NCBI GenBank assembly: GCA_965224195.1 | Contig: OZ245040.1 | Span: 1,632,001 to 1,696,000 of the forward strand | Length of the DNA stretch: 64,000 nucleotides | Origin: Nitrosopumilus sp. | GTDB lineage: Archaea > Thermoproteota > Nitrososphaeria > Nitrososphaerales > Nitrosopumilaceae | Reading direction: 5' to 3' | In this document: positions 44,416-55,334 of the stretch, piece after piece | How the letters are laid out: every line of letters starts with the position of its first letter | How positions within the stretch are numbered: position 1 is the first letter of the stretch | Program-made: the position numbers and the translations under genes | The notes under the pieces: model-generated | What the model was told of the DNA's origin: nothing | The model's database searches: none | Seen by the model: only the letters and a program-made list of their open reading frames with translations

Positions 44416-45225
44416 TCAAAGCATTCCGCCAGCCATTTTGAAAATATCTCTAGGATGATCACATATTATCCCAAATCTTTTGTAAATTTCTTCTGTAACT
44501 GTATCTGATTTTCCACCGTAGTAATGGTAAGGTGAAAAAAAGCCCGTATCTGATGATGCTAGTAGTATAGGAGAATCAGATTCACCTAGACTATTTTTAA
44601 AAGTAATTGCCTGTGCAAGGACTCTTTCATCAGGCTCGTTAGTTTTACGCATGAATCGTTCTAATTGTTTTGCTTCCCGTACAATCTGTCCCCCATGAGT
44701 TTGAACTACCTCATCTTTCTGTTCTTTATTCCATTTGGGTTCATTTAAGATTGGTTTTGATCTAATTTTAGATTCTTTCTTTCGTTCATATTTTTTCTTA
44801 TATCTTTGATTATACAATTGACGTAGATCATGTGACATATTTTCCACATCTTTTAGATTTTTTTGTACTTGGCTATTCTCCAATCTTACTCTTTTTAATT
44901 TAGATAGTAGACGTCGCATTTTATGTTCTGAAGAACTAATGATACCAACTGCATCATTGTAAAACCTCTCTTTGACTGCATTATTTGTAAATTTTTTAGG
45001 AACAAACGCATCTTTTACGGCTCTAGATAGAACTCCATAACATTCTGCTTTAACTTGAGGTAGTGCATAACCATCTATAGATTTAGGAGGATGAAATATA
45101 CTGAATAATTGAATTGATTGATCATAGAAAGGATGCTTTACTACTATATCCAACTCATGGATATTTTCCATTATACTTGCTGCCACAATTATATTTGTGT
45201 CTGGAATTATTTTAACATCAGACAT
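44416..45225 (-). CDS. PIN-domain protein (putative RNase toxin)
   Basis: IIPDTNII at N-terminus, PDERVLAQA, LASSDTGF. Confidence 0.7.
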   Translation of the reverse strand: MSDVKIIPDTNIIVAASIMENIHELDIVVKHPFYDQSIQLFSIFHPPKSIDGYALPQVKAECYGVLSRAVKDAFVPKKFTNNAVKERFYNDAVGIISSSEHKMRRLLSKLKRVRLENSQVQKNLKDVENMSHDLRQLYNQRYKKKYERKKESKIRSKPILNEPKWNKEQKDEVVQTHGGQIVREAKQLERFMRKTNEPDERVLAQAITFKNSLGESDSPILLASSDTGFFSPYHYYGGKSDTVTEEIYKRFGIICDHPRDIFKMAGGML

Positions 45226-45241
45226 ATCTTAAAAAAAAATT

Positions 45242-46145
45242 GGCGATTATGCATCTATTGCCCCTAGCATATACTTCAACAATAGATCAAACAATTTACA
45301 ATCTCTATTGTTGTATCTCCATTCCATTTCTTTGATGTACAACAAAAACTTTCTTGGACTTGCTCCGTGATGCTTTGCCATATTCTCTTTTGCAAAACTC
45401 CAAAACCCCTCAATGCCGTTGATGTATACGTTACCTTTTCCAAACATCTTGCTGTGATCTATTGCGAGATGTTTGTAGCCGTTGAATACAAGTGAGTCAT
45501 ATCTCTTCCACTTGTCAGTATACACGATGCTGCCTTTCTTGACTTTTCTAATCGTACTTTTCAGAAGAGTTTTGGCTTTGACGTTATTTACAATCTCAAC
45601 ATGTACCTTGCCATTTCTCTCTAAAATTCCAAATACAATTGTCTTGTTTTTGGCACCTCTGCCACGATTTCCCTTTCTTCTGCCTCCAAAATACGCCTCA
45701 TCAGCCTCAATTTTTCCTTTCAGAACCTTGTCTGTCTTTGCCAGTTCCTCAAGTATTGAATACCTGATTGTATCAAATGCTTTCAAGGTGGTCTTGTAGC
45801 TTGGACGTACCTGTTCTGATGCAGTCTTTGCAGAAACTGACAGCTCAAAGAGCTTGATTAGTGAGAGCCATGTGGAATATGGAATTCTAATCAAAGAGAA
45901 CTTTGATGCAGAAAACGGTTTGAAATCTTTCTGACATTTTGTGCATCTCATTCTGTCTCTGCTTTTCATGGTGTAGAGAGTTTTGTTTTTGCAGAAAGGA
46001 CAGGGAATATTCTTAGTGTATTTTGATTCTAGGGATTGTATTGGCAATGATTCATCAGAGATTATTTTTGCAAATGATACAAAGTCCATCCAACATTGTT
46101 GAAAATTATTCCATAATAATTAGGGGCAGTAGATATCCAATCACC
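45242..46145 (-). mobile_element. IS1595-family element, apparently intact
   Basis: 25-bp imperfect TIRs (GGCGATTATGCATCTATTGCCCCTA and TAGGGGCAGTAGATATCCAATCACC); 8-bp TSD AAAAAATT on both sides. Confidence 0.93.
45247..46089 (-). CDS. IS1595-family transposase
   Basis: CPFC...CTKC Zn finger, EADEAYFGG, YTD, INGIEGFWS, KEMEWRYN. Confidence 0.95.
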   Translation of the reverse strand: MDFVSFAKIISDESLPIQSLESKYTKNIPCPFCKNKTLYTMKSRDRMRCTKCQKDFKPFSASKFSLIRIPYSTWLSLIKLFELSVSAKTASEQVRPSYKTTLKAFDTIRYSILEELAKTDKVLKGKIEADEAYFGGRRKGNRGRGAKNKTIVFGILERNGKVHVEIVNNVKAKTLLKSTIRKVKKGSIVYTDKWKRYDSLVFNGYKHLAIDHSKMFGKGNVYINGIEGFWSFAKENMAKHHGASPRKFLLYIKEMEWRYNNRDCKLFDLLLKYMLGAIDA

Positions 46146-46151
46146 AAAAAA

Positions 46152-46637
46152 TTAAGCATCTAATTTTTGCATCAATGCTGAAAACTGTAATCTTAAATTA
46201 TCTTTATCTAAAGATTCTCTACTTATTTCTAATGATTCGATAAGATTTGTACTTGCAGCTTTATTTCTTAATGAATGTGTTTTAATTAATACATCATCAA
46301 TAGATTGTTTATTGATTTTAAATGATTGAGTTGCATCTAAAATACTGTCAATATTAGGCAATAGCAATAATGAATCCTCTGCAATTTTTGGATTGTCATT
46401 AGCCTTTTGTGAATTTTTAAAACGATATTCCATTTTACCTAATATTAATTCCACATTACGAGCTGCTTGATAAAAATAAAATCCATCTGAATTTTCTACA
46501 TCCAACCATTTACTTTTAATTACTTTTAGAAAATTACGTAAAGTTGTAAGATTATCTAATATGGCAAGATCGACTTTTCCAGTTTCTTCCATTTTATCAA
46601 GTGATTTCTTAATTTCCACTAAAATCTGATTTTTCAT
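46152..46637 (-). CDS. helical hypothetical protein, original upstream partner of the PIN gene
   Basis: 161-aa ATG ORF whose stop overlaps the IS1595 TSD. Confidence 0.65.
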   Translation of the reverse strand: MKNQILVEIKKSLDKMEETGKVDLAILDNLTTLRNFLKVIKSKWLDVENSDGFYFYQAARNVELILGKMEYRFKNSQKANDNPKIAEDSLLLLPNIDSILDATQSFKINKQSIDDVLIKTHSLRNKAASTNLIESLEISRESLDKDNLRLQFSALMQKLDA

Positions 46638-46871
46638 ACTTATTCAAACACCTTTTCCACCATTATAATACCATACCGTACGGTTAAACTTTGAGGGGAA
46701 ATTATCAGTAATGATAGCCATGAATTGAACATAATCTTATTTCCTACTAAAATGTATCAATTAATTTATTATTTTATGGTGTGTCATTTCATAAACTAAC
46801 ATAGTACAAACATCAAACTAGAAAATCTACCACTAGCCAAGCACATTTCATGCCCAGTTTAGCGACTTTTC

Positions 46872-47590
46872 TTAATTTTTGCTTGCGTTTTGAATCAATG
46901 TTTTCCATTTATTCACTCCCTGTATAGTAATCCCGCAGGCTTCGGCAGGAGTCTTATTTTCTAAACTCATGTGGGGTCTAACGTAATTGTGGTACAGTTG
47001 ATAACCGTCAATCAATGGAGAATCCATTTTCTTCAATCCCCTAGTGACTTTTTCTCTATCTCGAAATTCACCATTCAATCTCTCCATGGTATTATTGTTC
47101 ATATCTCCAGTAAGGTGAATATGGCGAATGTGGGTGGTTCTCTGCTCCCTTGATCTTGCCCAAAATTCTTTCTTGTATGCGATAGAGTAAGATGGTAAAC
47201 CGTCAGTGATGAAAACTTTGGGAGTGGTCTTTGTTACTTCCTTTGCTTTTTGTAGTAATCCTCTAGCATTGTGACCTTGTTTTCTATTTGCTACTTCTTG
47301 GGCTATCCAGAATTTAGTCTGGTCATCCATTAATGAGAATACATATTTCAATTCTCCACGAATTTTCACATAAACCTCATCTGCTCTCCAAGTGTCACCG
47401 ACTTGTGGGGTTATCTTGTCAAGGTATGCTTTCATTAGTTTTGTATATTTTACAACCCAACAGTAGATGGTCTTGTGAGATACATCAACCCCTTGAAGTT
47501 TGAGGAATTTCTGAACATTTCGTAAGGATTCTCCTGTAAAGTAGAGTTGTAATGATTGAGTGATTATTTCAGGACTTGACTTCATCTTTT
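46872..47590 (-). pseudogene. IS6-family transposase, N-terminus missing
   Basis: SLRNVQ, WRADE.YVK, ITDGLPSY, NNTMERLNG, HNYVRPH, TPAE; homology appears to stop near 47590. Confidence 0.85.
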
Positions 47591-48233
47591 CAAAAATCTT
47601 AGGATGGCGTATACGGGGTAGATTACAAGGTATTTTAATTGGTGTGGATCTTGAGAGTGAAAATACCAAATTAAAAGATGAAAATATACGAATGAAACTT
47701 CAAAATGAAGAATATAAAAAAAATACCATTATAGCACTTACCGAACTCAAAGACAAGAACAGTTTAGTTGAACAATATGAAAAGGCATTAGGAATTAAAC
47801 ACTCTTGAATATTATTCGTTGTCCCAAATGCAAATATGATTTAATTTCAGAAGAATACAATACTCATATTTGTAAAGAGATCTCGGATTATAAAATAGAG
47901 AAAGGATTGGTTTTTTTCTATGATGGAGAATTATGGTATCCCTCTTTTTTCCTAAAACAACCGAAAAGTAACACGGAGAAAACTACTGACAAGGAAACAG
48001 AGCCCTTGGGCTCCAGTCGTGGTGTTGCAACTAGTTGTTACTGTGATGGTGTGTTTGATACTTTATCACTGATGGTCTTTAGCATGCCTTGGGCAGCCTT
48101 TTCTTTTTGGTCCTCAGAGGCTGCTGCAGGCCTCAGTGCCCAGTCAATTGCAGGTTTTTCTGGTTCTGCGAATTTTTCTTCCGTGATAATACTATGCCAT
48201 AAAGTATTAAAGTATGTGTACCATACCACACAC

Positions 48234-48374
48234 ATGTCAAAACGTATAACCATCATGATGGATGACGAAAACGACACAAAACTGCGCAAATTACAAGCCC
48301 AGCAAATTCAAAAGACAAACAGCAGCGTTAGCTATTCAAAAATGCTAAACACTGTACTAGAAAAGGCATTATAG
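48234..48374 (+). CDS. ribbon-helix-helix-like small regulator
   Basis: MSKRITIMMDDENDTKLRKLQAQQI...SVSYSKMLN. Confidence 0.7.
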   Translation: MSKRITIMMDDENDTKLRKLQAQQIQKTNSSVSYSKMLNTVLEKAL

Positions 48375-48394
48375 TTTTGTACAAAAATTATTTT

Positions 48395-48679
48395 TTATGT
48401 ATGGTGCAATCCATACACTTTTTGTAAAATATCCGGGATAGGATTGGCTCGTCCAGCCCTGTCAGGCATTGCTTTTGCAGCCTCTGCTACAGCAAAGATC
48501 CATATTTTTTTATGTATTCTTGGGTATTGCGGGATATCTGCAGGCTCTTTTATGGATTGCAGGCACAGTTGATTTTTACACCGGTGCTCATTTACTTTAT
48601 GGACTGTATCGCCTTTTTTTATCTCAATACCGCAATGCTTACATTTACTGTCAAACTTTGACTGCATTGTATTTGGCAT
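48395..48679 (-). CDS. Zn-finger hypothetical protein, virus/plasmid-like
   Basis: SKFDSKCKHCGIEIKKGD...H.C...C. Confidence 0.45.
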   Translation of the reverse strand: MPNTMQSKFDSKCKHCGIEIKKGDTVHKVNEHRCKNQLCLQSIKEPADIPQYPRIHKKIWIFAVAEAAKAMPDRAGRANPIPDILQKVYGLHHT

Positions 48680-49024
48680 GAATATAATAATAAAGTATGA
48701 TTATTAAGTGATGCCGCAAGTATGAAAAACGGTTCTGTGTAGTTGACAGTTGGCATTGTTTGCTACCTGCTTTGGCAGAAGTTTTTCCCTTCAAGCCCGT
48801 ATAACATCTGTAAATGTGTATAAATAATTAATATTTGCTCACAATACGATCATAATGCGGGTAAACTGTAAAAGAAACCTTTTGCATCCCATGTAGATAC
48901 AAGTATCAAAAGAAACTTGGCGGGAGGTGCGCCCTATCTGCAACAAGCTTGCAGGGACAAAAAGGCGTTTTGTGAAAAACCGCATATATGATGTGAATGT
49001 ATTGTAAAAAATTAGTGTAAAAAA

Positions 49025-49441
49025 TTAATGCAATATTTTAGGCAACTTTTTAACCACATAAACCAAAGACATACGGCCTGGACCTGCAATCATAATTATC
49101 AGACTGGCTGCCAATAATATCAAGTCAAACTCAACTCCCCCCTTGCCTGTAATGGTTCCAGCTCCCTTTACTGCAAATATTGCACCCATCATAATTACAG
49201 AAAGCATTGCAGATGATATCTTGCTTAGTATGCCGATGATTAACAGCACACCTGGAATAATTTCAGCCAGTGCAATTGGTATTTGCATTTCTGGCGGGAG
49301 CCCCATATGTGGTAGGTTCTCTGCAAAGCCTGGTGCAAATTTTGAGATGCCATGTAAGATAAAGATTACACCAATGGTACTGCGTAGTCCCATAAATGTG
49401 GCATCATTAAAAATTGATTGTTTAAGATCGGGTAATGCCAA
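49025..49441 (-). CDS. DoxX-family membrane protein
   Basis: LR..IG..FILHGISK, AE...G..L..G, GVEFDL, GPGRMSL. Confidence 0.92.
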   Translation of the reverse strand: MALPDLKQSIFNDATFMGLRSTIGVIFILHGISKFAPGFAENLPHMGLPPEMQIPIALAEIIPGVLLIIGILSKISSAMLSVIMMGAIFAVKGAGTITGKGGVEFDLILLAASLIIMIAGPGRMSLVYVVKKLPKILH

Positions 49442-49744
49442 TGATATAATTACTGATTATTTAGCATATAATAATTTCGGTGCAAGACACTATTATGCTG
49501 TAATAAAAAATTACGTTCCGCACCATATGAGATTAACAATAGAGCAATCATTTTGATTTTCTGCGTATTTTTTAACGGCAAGATGTTCGCAATACCTTCT
49601 TGCAACAAGGACATCGGTTGCCATCATAGTCAAGTATAACAACACAAAACGTACAACGCCTCTTTCCCTTTGTATATATGCCTCGCACCCCTTGGGACAT
49701 TGACTGAAATTTTTTGCATAGCCCTGGGCATTTTTGTGGCATTT

Positions 49745-49761
49745 AAAAAAAAGAAAGGGGG
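49745..49761 (-). terminator. oligo(T) terminator after S-layer fragment
   Basis: CCCCCTTTCTTTTTTTT on minus strand, 17 bp after the stop. Confidence 0.55.
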
Positions 49762-49777
49762 AAATTTGAACTAGTTT

Positions 49778-51142
49778 CTAACTCACAGTTATCGTTATAT
49801 CGACTGGAGGACTTAGCGCAGTTGGTTTATCAACTGACTCCCATGCAAATGCAGTAACAGAAAAGCTACCACTTTGTGGTGGAATCCATGATAGTGCCGG
49901 TGCAAATGATTGACCAGGATTCAATGAACCTTTAAGCCATGCCAATGAAACGGTTACCCCGGTTTCATCTTGAATCTGTACCAAGTATGCAAATGCTTGC
50001 TCTCTGTCCTGACCATTACTCAAATCAGCTGTTATCTCCACCTGTTGATCAACGGAGACAGCATCCAAGCTGTTTCCAAATGCATCAACTGTTCTCAAGT
50101 TAGTAATTGGTACTCTCTCAAGAGGTGGTACTACAGTACCGATTAGGGTAGTGGCAGTGACATCAAGCTCGTCTGCAGTTGTGAACGGATTTGGAAGTGT
50201 ATTGTCCCCATATTCTGCGGTGACAGTGTCACCTTCTGCGACTCTGAGTCTGTGGCCGGATGATCCGTCGGTAATTGTGAAGAACACAGTACCTTCGAAT
50301 ATTCCAGTTGCCTCATTAGTCTCAGTTACAGTAAGGGCAATACCTCCAGAATCCGAATCAGAGTACACGTCAACTTTAAAGTTGTCGACTGATTCTGGAT
50401 TTAAGTTCATGTCTGGGTCAATAATTCGCAAAACACCTGTTCCGCTAGCTGGATAGCTTGCCTCAAGCCATTGTACCTCACCAATATTCCATCTAATTAA
50501 TGATGAACCGATTACTGTTTCATCCTCTGAGTATTCAAAGGATACGGACAGTCCGTCATCATCAGCAGCAGGCAAGTATCCACTTGTTGGACCTGCTCCT
50601 CTAGCTTGGTTGGATATCACATCATTACCTGATGCATCACCAGTTGTACTGTCACCATCAGCATTGTGTGGAAATCCTGTTAGGATTACTTCACCTGTAA
50701 ATATGCCTGTGTCAGCACCAGTCTCGACTAGCTTGTATTTGTCAAGATTAGATCCTCTGGTAGAGACCTTTATGGGGTCTGCATCAGTATTTCCAATCTC
50801 ATCAATCAAGTCGCCATCGAAGTTATGGTCTGGAGCTACTATGGTAATGTAGACTTTGTCAGTCCATGTGTAGACTTTTTGGTCAAGTTCTATCGTTGCG
50901 CCAAAGTTGGATGTGAAGAGTTTGACATTTACGTCCTCATCCTCATGTCCTACATAATTGGCACCACTTGGACCCCAGTCAGTATACTCGAGTTCGATCT
51001 CTTCGCCTCGTTCAAGGTTAGTACCGCCTATAGATTCTGGAATCTCAATTACAATCTGGAAGATGCCTGTAGCATCACCTGTTTCTCTTAGATTAGATGG
51101 CTCAGGATCAAAGGCTGCAGCATCATCACCATCGTTACCCAT
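49778..51142 (-). pseudogene. C-terminal fragment of the Nitrosopumilus-type S-layer protein
   Basis: Repeated (L)xETxxxTGIF motifs, LDQKVYTWTD, AFAYLVQIQD, PTALSP. No signal peptide; abrupt 5' end. Confidence 0.85.
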
Positions 51143-51144
51143 GA

Positions 51145-51276
51145 GTATCTCCTGAAGATATTATTTGTGATGATGAAAAAGTTGTAATCGTAAGAAATTC
51201 TTCAGGTCTAGCAACATGTGTTTCAGACAGTACAGCTGCCATTTTGATAGATAGAGGTATAGCTTTATACCCATAA
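51145..51276 (+). pseudogene. C-terminal remnant of a gene with the C...CV...TA..L..RG motif
   Basis: VSPEDIICDDEKVVIVRNSSGLATCVSDSTAAILIDRGIALYP*; same motif family as in 23143-24015. Confidence 0.6.
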
Positions 51277-51321
51277 TTTTTTTTATTTTTTAGTTTCAAA
51301 AATTATTAGATATTGTCAAGG

Positions 51322-51756
51322 TTATAGTTTAGATTTAACATAATCATGATCATAGCACGTAAGTTCTAACTTGTTTCCATCAGGATCATCAAAATAAATT
51401 GAATACGACGCATCATGATCTATCATCATTTTTTCTTTAGTAACTCTGTTGCCTAGTAAAAACAACTCCACATTATTTAGATGATTTAGAAAATCAATAA
51501 ATTTCTCTCCAGAAGTACTAAATGCCATTCGGTTAATAGAACCATCTGTATCTTTTGTACCATTAATCAATGCAAGTTTGACTGTTCTGTCTTTGTTTCC
51601 AATGAACAGTGGTCCAATTTTTTCCCACATACTCAGTTCGTCAATTGGATTTAAACCAAAAATTTCACCATACCATTTTGCAGCATTATCTCTATCTTTT
51701 ACAAAAACTTCAATGTGATCAATATCATCTATGGTAAAATTAGACATACTATTCAA
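51322..51756 (-). CDS. VOC/glyoxalase-family protein
   Basis: IDHIEVFVKD, WY..IFG, SIYFDDPDGNKLEL. Confidence 0.92.
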   Translation of the reverse strand: MNSMSNFTIDDIDHIEVFVKDRDNAAKWYGEIFGLNPIDELSMWEKIGPLFIGNKDRTVKLALINGTKDTDGSINRMAFSTSGEKFIDFLNHLNNVELFLLGNRVTKEKMMIDHDASYSIYFDDPDGNKLELTCYDHDYVKSKL

Positions 51757-51844
51757 TTATAATTTTGTATATTAGTAATTTTTGAATTTAATTTCAATTA
51801 GACTAAAGCTAAATTAGAGTGGATATAACAATTGAGCCCATTAT

Positions 51845-52914
51845 TAGATGAGTTGTGCAATTAGTCCAATTTGAGTATAATCTCAACATTTTCTAATCAT
51901 AAGATCCAAAGCTAAGGCTGAATTATTTTCAATTCATGTTTAATTGCACAAAACTGGCAAAAAAACCAAAGCAATTCCTGTCAATAGCAGGACTAACTGT
52001 TCCACAATTTGATTCCCTATACAAGGAAATAAAGAAAAATTGCAAAACTGCAGAACAAAAGGGACTGTCCAAAAATAGAGAAAGAGACATTGGTGCAGGA
52101 CACAAGTTTGACTTGTCCTTCAAAGACAGAATTCTAATGTTTTTCATGTACTACAGAATGTACACAACATATGACATGCCAGGGATGATGTTTGATTTGG
52201 ACAAACCAAACGTAATGAGAAACATCGGATGTTTGGAGCCTGCAGTGAAGCAGTCCATATAATTGCTGCCAAAAAATATGCAGACTCAAAAAAGATTAAC
52301 GGCATGCAGGAATTGCAGGAATTCTTTCCGGAATTAGTTGCAATCACTGATGGCACAGAACAGCCCATCCCAAGACCAAAAAACAAAAAGAAAAGAAAGA
52401 CACACCATTCAGGCAAAAAGAAAAAACATGCAGTACAAAATCAAATCGCCATAAATCTTGATGGGATAACAATCCACAAATCTGCACATTCGCCTGGCAG
52501 CCATCATGATTACAGAATTTACAAATCAAAGCATCCAACATTGTCTGAAGGGTTGTCGCAGTCTTATGATCTTGGATATTTGGGGATGGAAAAAGACTTT
52601 CCAGAACAGGCAAGTGTTTTGCCATACAAGAAAAAGAAAGGAAAAAAATTGACTGTTACTCAAAAGGAGTGGAACAAGATGCAGTCAAAAATTAGAATAA
52701 AAGTTGAACATGCTATTGCACAAGTCAGGCAATTTCGGATAAATCGCGATGTGTTTAGAAACAAATTATGCAGATATGATGTGACAAGTGAAATTGTTTG
52801 TGGGACTGTCAATTTCAAGATTAAATGGAAAGAAGAATTCATTACAATTCCATAAAATTAAAAATTAAATGATAGAAAAGTTAGATTTTTGTTTGCAATT
52901 ACGCAACTCATCTA
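51845..52914 (+). mobile_element. IS5-family (ISL2/DDE_Tnp_4-like) element (copy 1 of family C), frameshifted
   Basis: TIRs TAGATGAGTTGTGCAATT and AATTACGCAACTCATCTA; ORFs 51936-52262 and 52229-52855 (TDGTEQPI.RP, GSHHD, DLGYLG, RIKVEH). Confidence 0.92.
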
Positions 52915-53207
52915 GAAGATTCAACAAAACCTCCCCAAAATTTTCAATAGTAATCTAAGAATTATAATAGTTCTAGGCACAATTTAGAGAATTATAATAG
53001 AATTAAAGCTAAGAAAATTACAAGCAATTTTCACGAGCAACCAATTTCTAATGACTAGAATCGGATCTTCATACAAAATTTTGAAAATTTCTGTAGAAAA
53101 TCAATCATAATTCACTTAGATAAATTTCATATTTTATTCAAAGTATCTAATATTTAGTCTTAAATTAGTGCAAAACTATATAAATTAAAGCATTGTAATA
53201 ATACTAA

Positions 53208-55334
53208 ATGGATATCACTTCAATAAAGCTTCTCAAATCATTAGTTGAAGGACAAAAAGAAACAAACGAATTGATGAGTCTGCTAGGAATAAAGGAAAGA
53301 CGGTTAGCATACATAACAAAAAATCTTGTGGAAGAAGATTACATAGAAAAAGAAAATACAGTAATCAGATTAAAAGAAACACCAAAAGCTATACTGTTTA
53401 GAGATATTACACAGGTTGTAGATGTTGAGAAATTACTTCGTGATTCAAATGAAATAATACTTTCCAACATAGATGTAAACATTACAGTAGATCAATTAAT
53501 AAAAAAATCAGGATTATCAAAGACAACAACCTATAGATCTATTTCAGATTTACAATCCATTGGGTCTGTCCTAAAAAATGAAGATGTGATAAACATTGAT
53601 GAATCAAAAGAACAACTAGTTTTATTTACAAAATTATTAAAAACTGAAAGAGAGAGAAAATATGAAGATGGAAACACCGAAATTATTTATAATAATAACT
53701 CAACAATATTACGAAAAACCCCAAGTGGAAAAGTTGCAAAAGGTGCAACAACAGGATTTACACTATTTTCAGATTATGATATAGAATATCAAACTACGCA
53801 TGATTATTTTTGTGAACAAAAAAATGATTTAGAAATACAAGATGTGTTATTACATGCAGTTTATTCTGCAAATTATTCAAAAAATAAAATGGAATTATTA
53901 ATTGCAATTGTTTTTTATGTAAAACACAAGGACAATATGGATATTCTACAATTACGAAAAAATGCAACAGGGTTAGGAATATCAGAAATTTGGTTAGATA
54001 TTGAAGCTTACATACGTAGAAAACAATTGAAAAATACACATTTATTTTTGCCATGGGATGAATTTCTATCCAAAGCAAAATTATATGATATACCAATTGA
54101 AAAATACACATTACCAAAACCAAGTAATTTATTGTTTAGAGAAATTAGTGATGAGCTAAAAGAATCAAAAACAATATATCTATTTGGTGGAGAAAATATG
54201 AGAATAAAATCATTAAAGGATAGTACAAAAGACTGTGACATAGTAGTAGAAAACAAGGATGATTTTGAACATTTAGCTGAAATTCTTACTAAGATGGAAT
54301 ATGAAAGAAGATTAGAAACAAAGTATTCTGATGAAGATAGAAGAATAAAACCAGATGATATTTTTGAACATGATAAAAAAAGCAGGATTGATCTATTCAC
54401 ATCTACAATAATGCAAGATCTATCGCTATCCTCAACTATGAAAGAAAGAGCAGACATTAGAGATTATGGAAAATTAAAGGTAGGATTACTAAGAAATGAG
54501 GATGTATTTTTACTCAAAGCAATAGCAAATAGAGAAGGAGACATACAAGATATGGCTGCATTAGTCACAGGTAGTCCAAATACACCTCATGAATTACAAC
54601 ATGGCTCTTTTGATTGGGAATTGGTTTGGGAGGAAATTCTAAGACAAGAACACATTAACCACACAAAAGATCTTACAGCAACTATTTTTGATCAAATATC
54701 ATACCTTGCAAAACAAACAGGTATTGTTGCCCCATTTCTAGAAAAACTAAGGAGACATGTCATAGATGTAATGATCAAAAGATTAGTACGTGGTGGCAGT
54801 ATACCAATAAAAGAAATTGTTGAATTGTTGAATGGGGGAGATATTACCGAACCAATGATTCGAAATAGAACTGATGCATTAGAAAAAAGTGAAACAATTC
54901 AGAAATATTCTGTTGGAAGAATAACATATATCAAACTATTAAAAAATAATGAATATTCTGAAAAAGAATTAGAGATTAATACTCATCGTTTTAAAACCTA
55001 TCTTGATTGGCGTTTCGCTATTAGACAAAAACAATCAGATCAAAATATTCAAGAATTTGTAGAAGAACTACAAGATCTAGGATTTCAAACAATTGGAGAA
55101 ATTGATAAAATAATTAGGAATTCTACTGAAATATTAAAGCAATATGAAAATGAGCAGTTTTCAAAACGCCATTTTGATGCAGTTGGTGCAACAAGAATTT
55201 GTGTTGGATTAAACTATTCAGATCTTGGCAAGAAACGTTCATCAGAATATTTCATAAGCCAATTTGAAAAATATAATCATATAGCAAGAGGTAAGTTTAT
55301 TCCTGAATATCCAGTTAAAATGGTGAGAATATGA
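53208..55334 (+). CDS. tandem wHTH regulator fused to a DUF6036/AbiEii-like nucleotidyltransferase
   Basis: N-terminal HTHs (GLSKTTTYRSI..L), central TGFTLF.DY.I region, NTase IYLFGGENM...STKDCDIVV, RIDLF, LLKAIANREGDIQD. Confidence 0.8.
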   Translation: MDITSIKLLKSLVEGQKETNELMSLLGIKERRLAYITKNLVEEDYIEKENTVIRLKETPKAILFRDITQVVDVEKLLRDSNEIILSNIDVNITVDQLIKKSGLSKTTTYRSISDLQSIGSVLKNEDVINIDESKEQLVLFTKLLKTERERKYEDGNTEIIYNNNSTILRKTPSGKVAKGATTGFTLFSDYDIEYQTTHDYFCEQKNDLEIQDVLLHAVYSANYSKNKMELLIAIVFYVKHKDNMDILQLRKNATGLGISEIWLDIEAYIRRKQLKNTHLFLPWDEFLSKAKLYDIPIEKYTLPKPSNLLFREISDELKESKTIYLFGGENMRIKSLKDSTKDCDIVVENKDDFEHLAEILTKMEYERRLETKYSDEDRRIKPDDIFEHDKKSRIDLFTSTIMQDLSLSSTMKERADIRDYGKLKVGLLRNEDVFLLKAIANREGDIQDMAALVTGSPNTPHELQHGSFDWELVWEEILRQEHINHTKDLTATIFDQISYLAKQTGIVAPFLEKLRRHVIDVMIKRLVRGGSIPIKEIVELLNGGDITEPMIRNRTDALEKSETIQKYSVGRITYIKLLKNNEYSEKELEINTHRFKTYLDWRFAIRQKQSDQNIQEFVEELQDLGFQTIGEIDKIIRNSTEILKQYENEQFSKRHFDAVGATRICVGLNYSDLGKKRSSEYFISQFEKYNHIARGKFIPEYPVKMVRI

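Larger units (their letters stand above)
44344..48005. mobile_element. IS6-type cargo element bounded by 48-bp terminal inverted repeats
   Basis: 44344-44391 versus reverse complement of 47958-48005: 43/48 identical, starting GGG(T/C)TCTGT. Contains an IS6 transposase remnant. Confidence 0.75.

Noticed and set aside
47805-48374. 189-aa ORF as one gene
   Set aside because: Chimeric read-through: a Zn-ribbon ORF crosses the TIR at 48005 and runs into a separate RHH gene starting at 48234.
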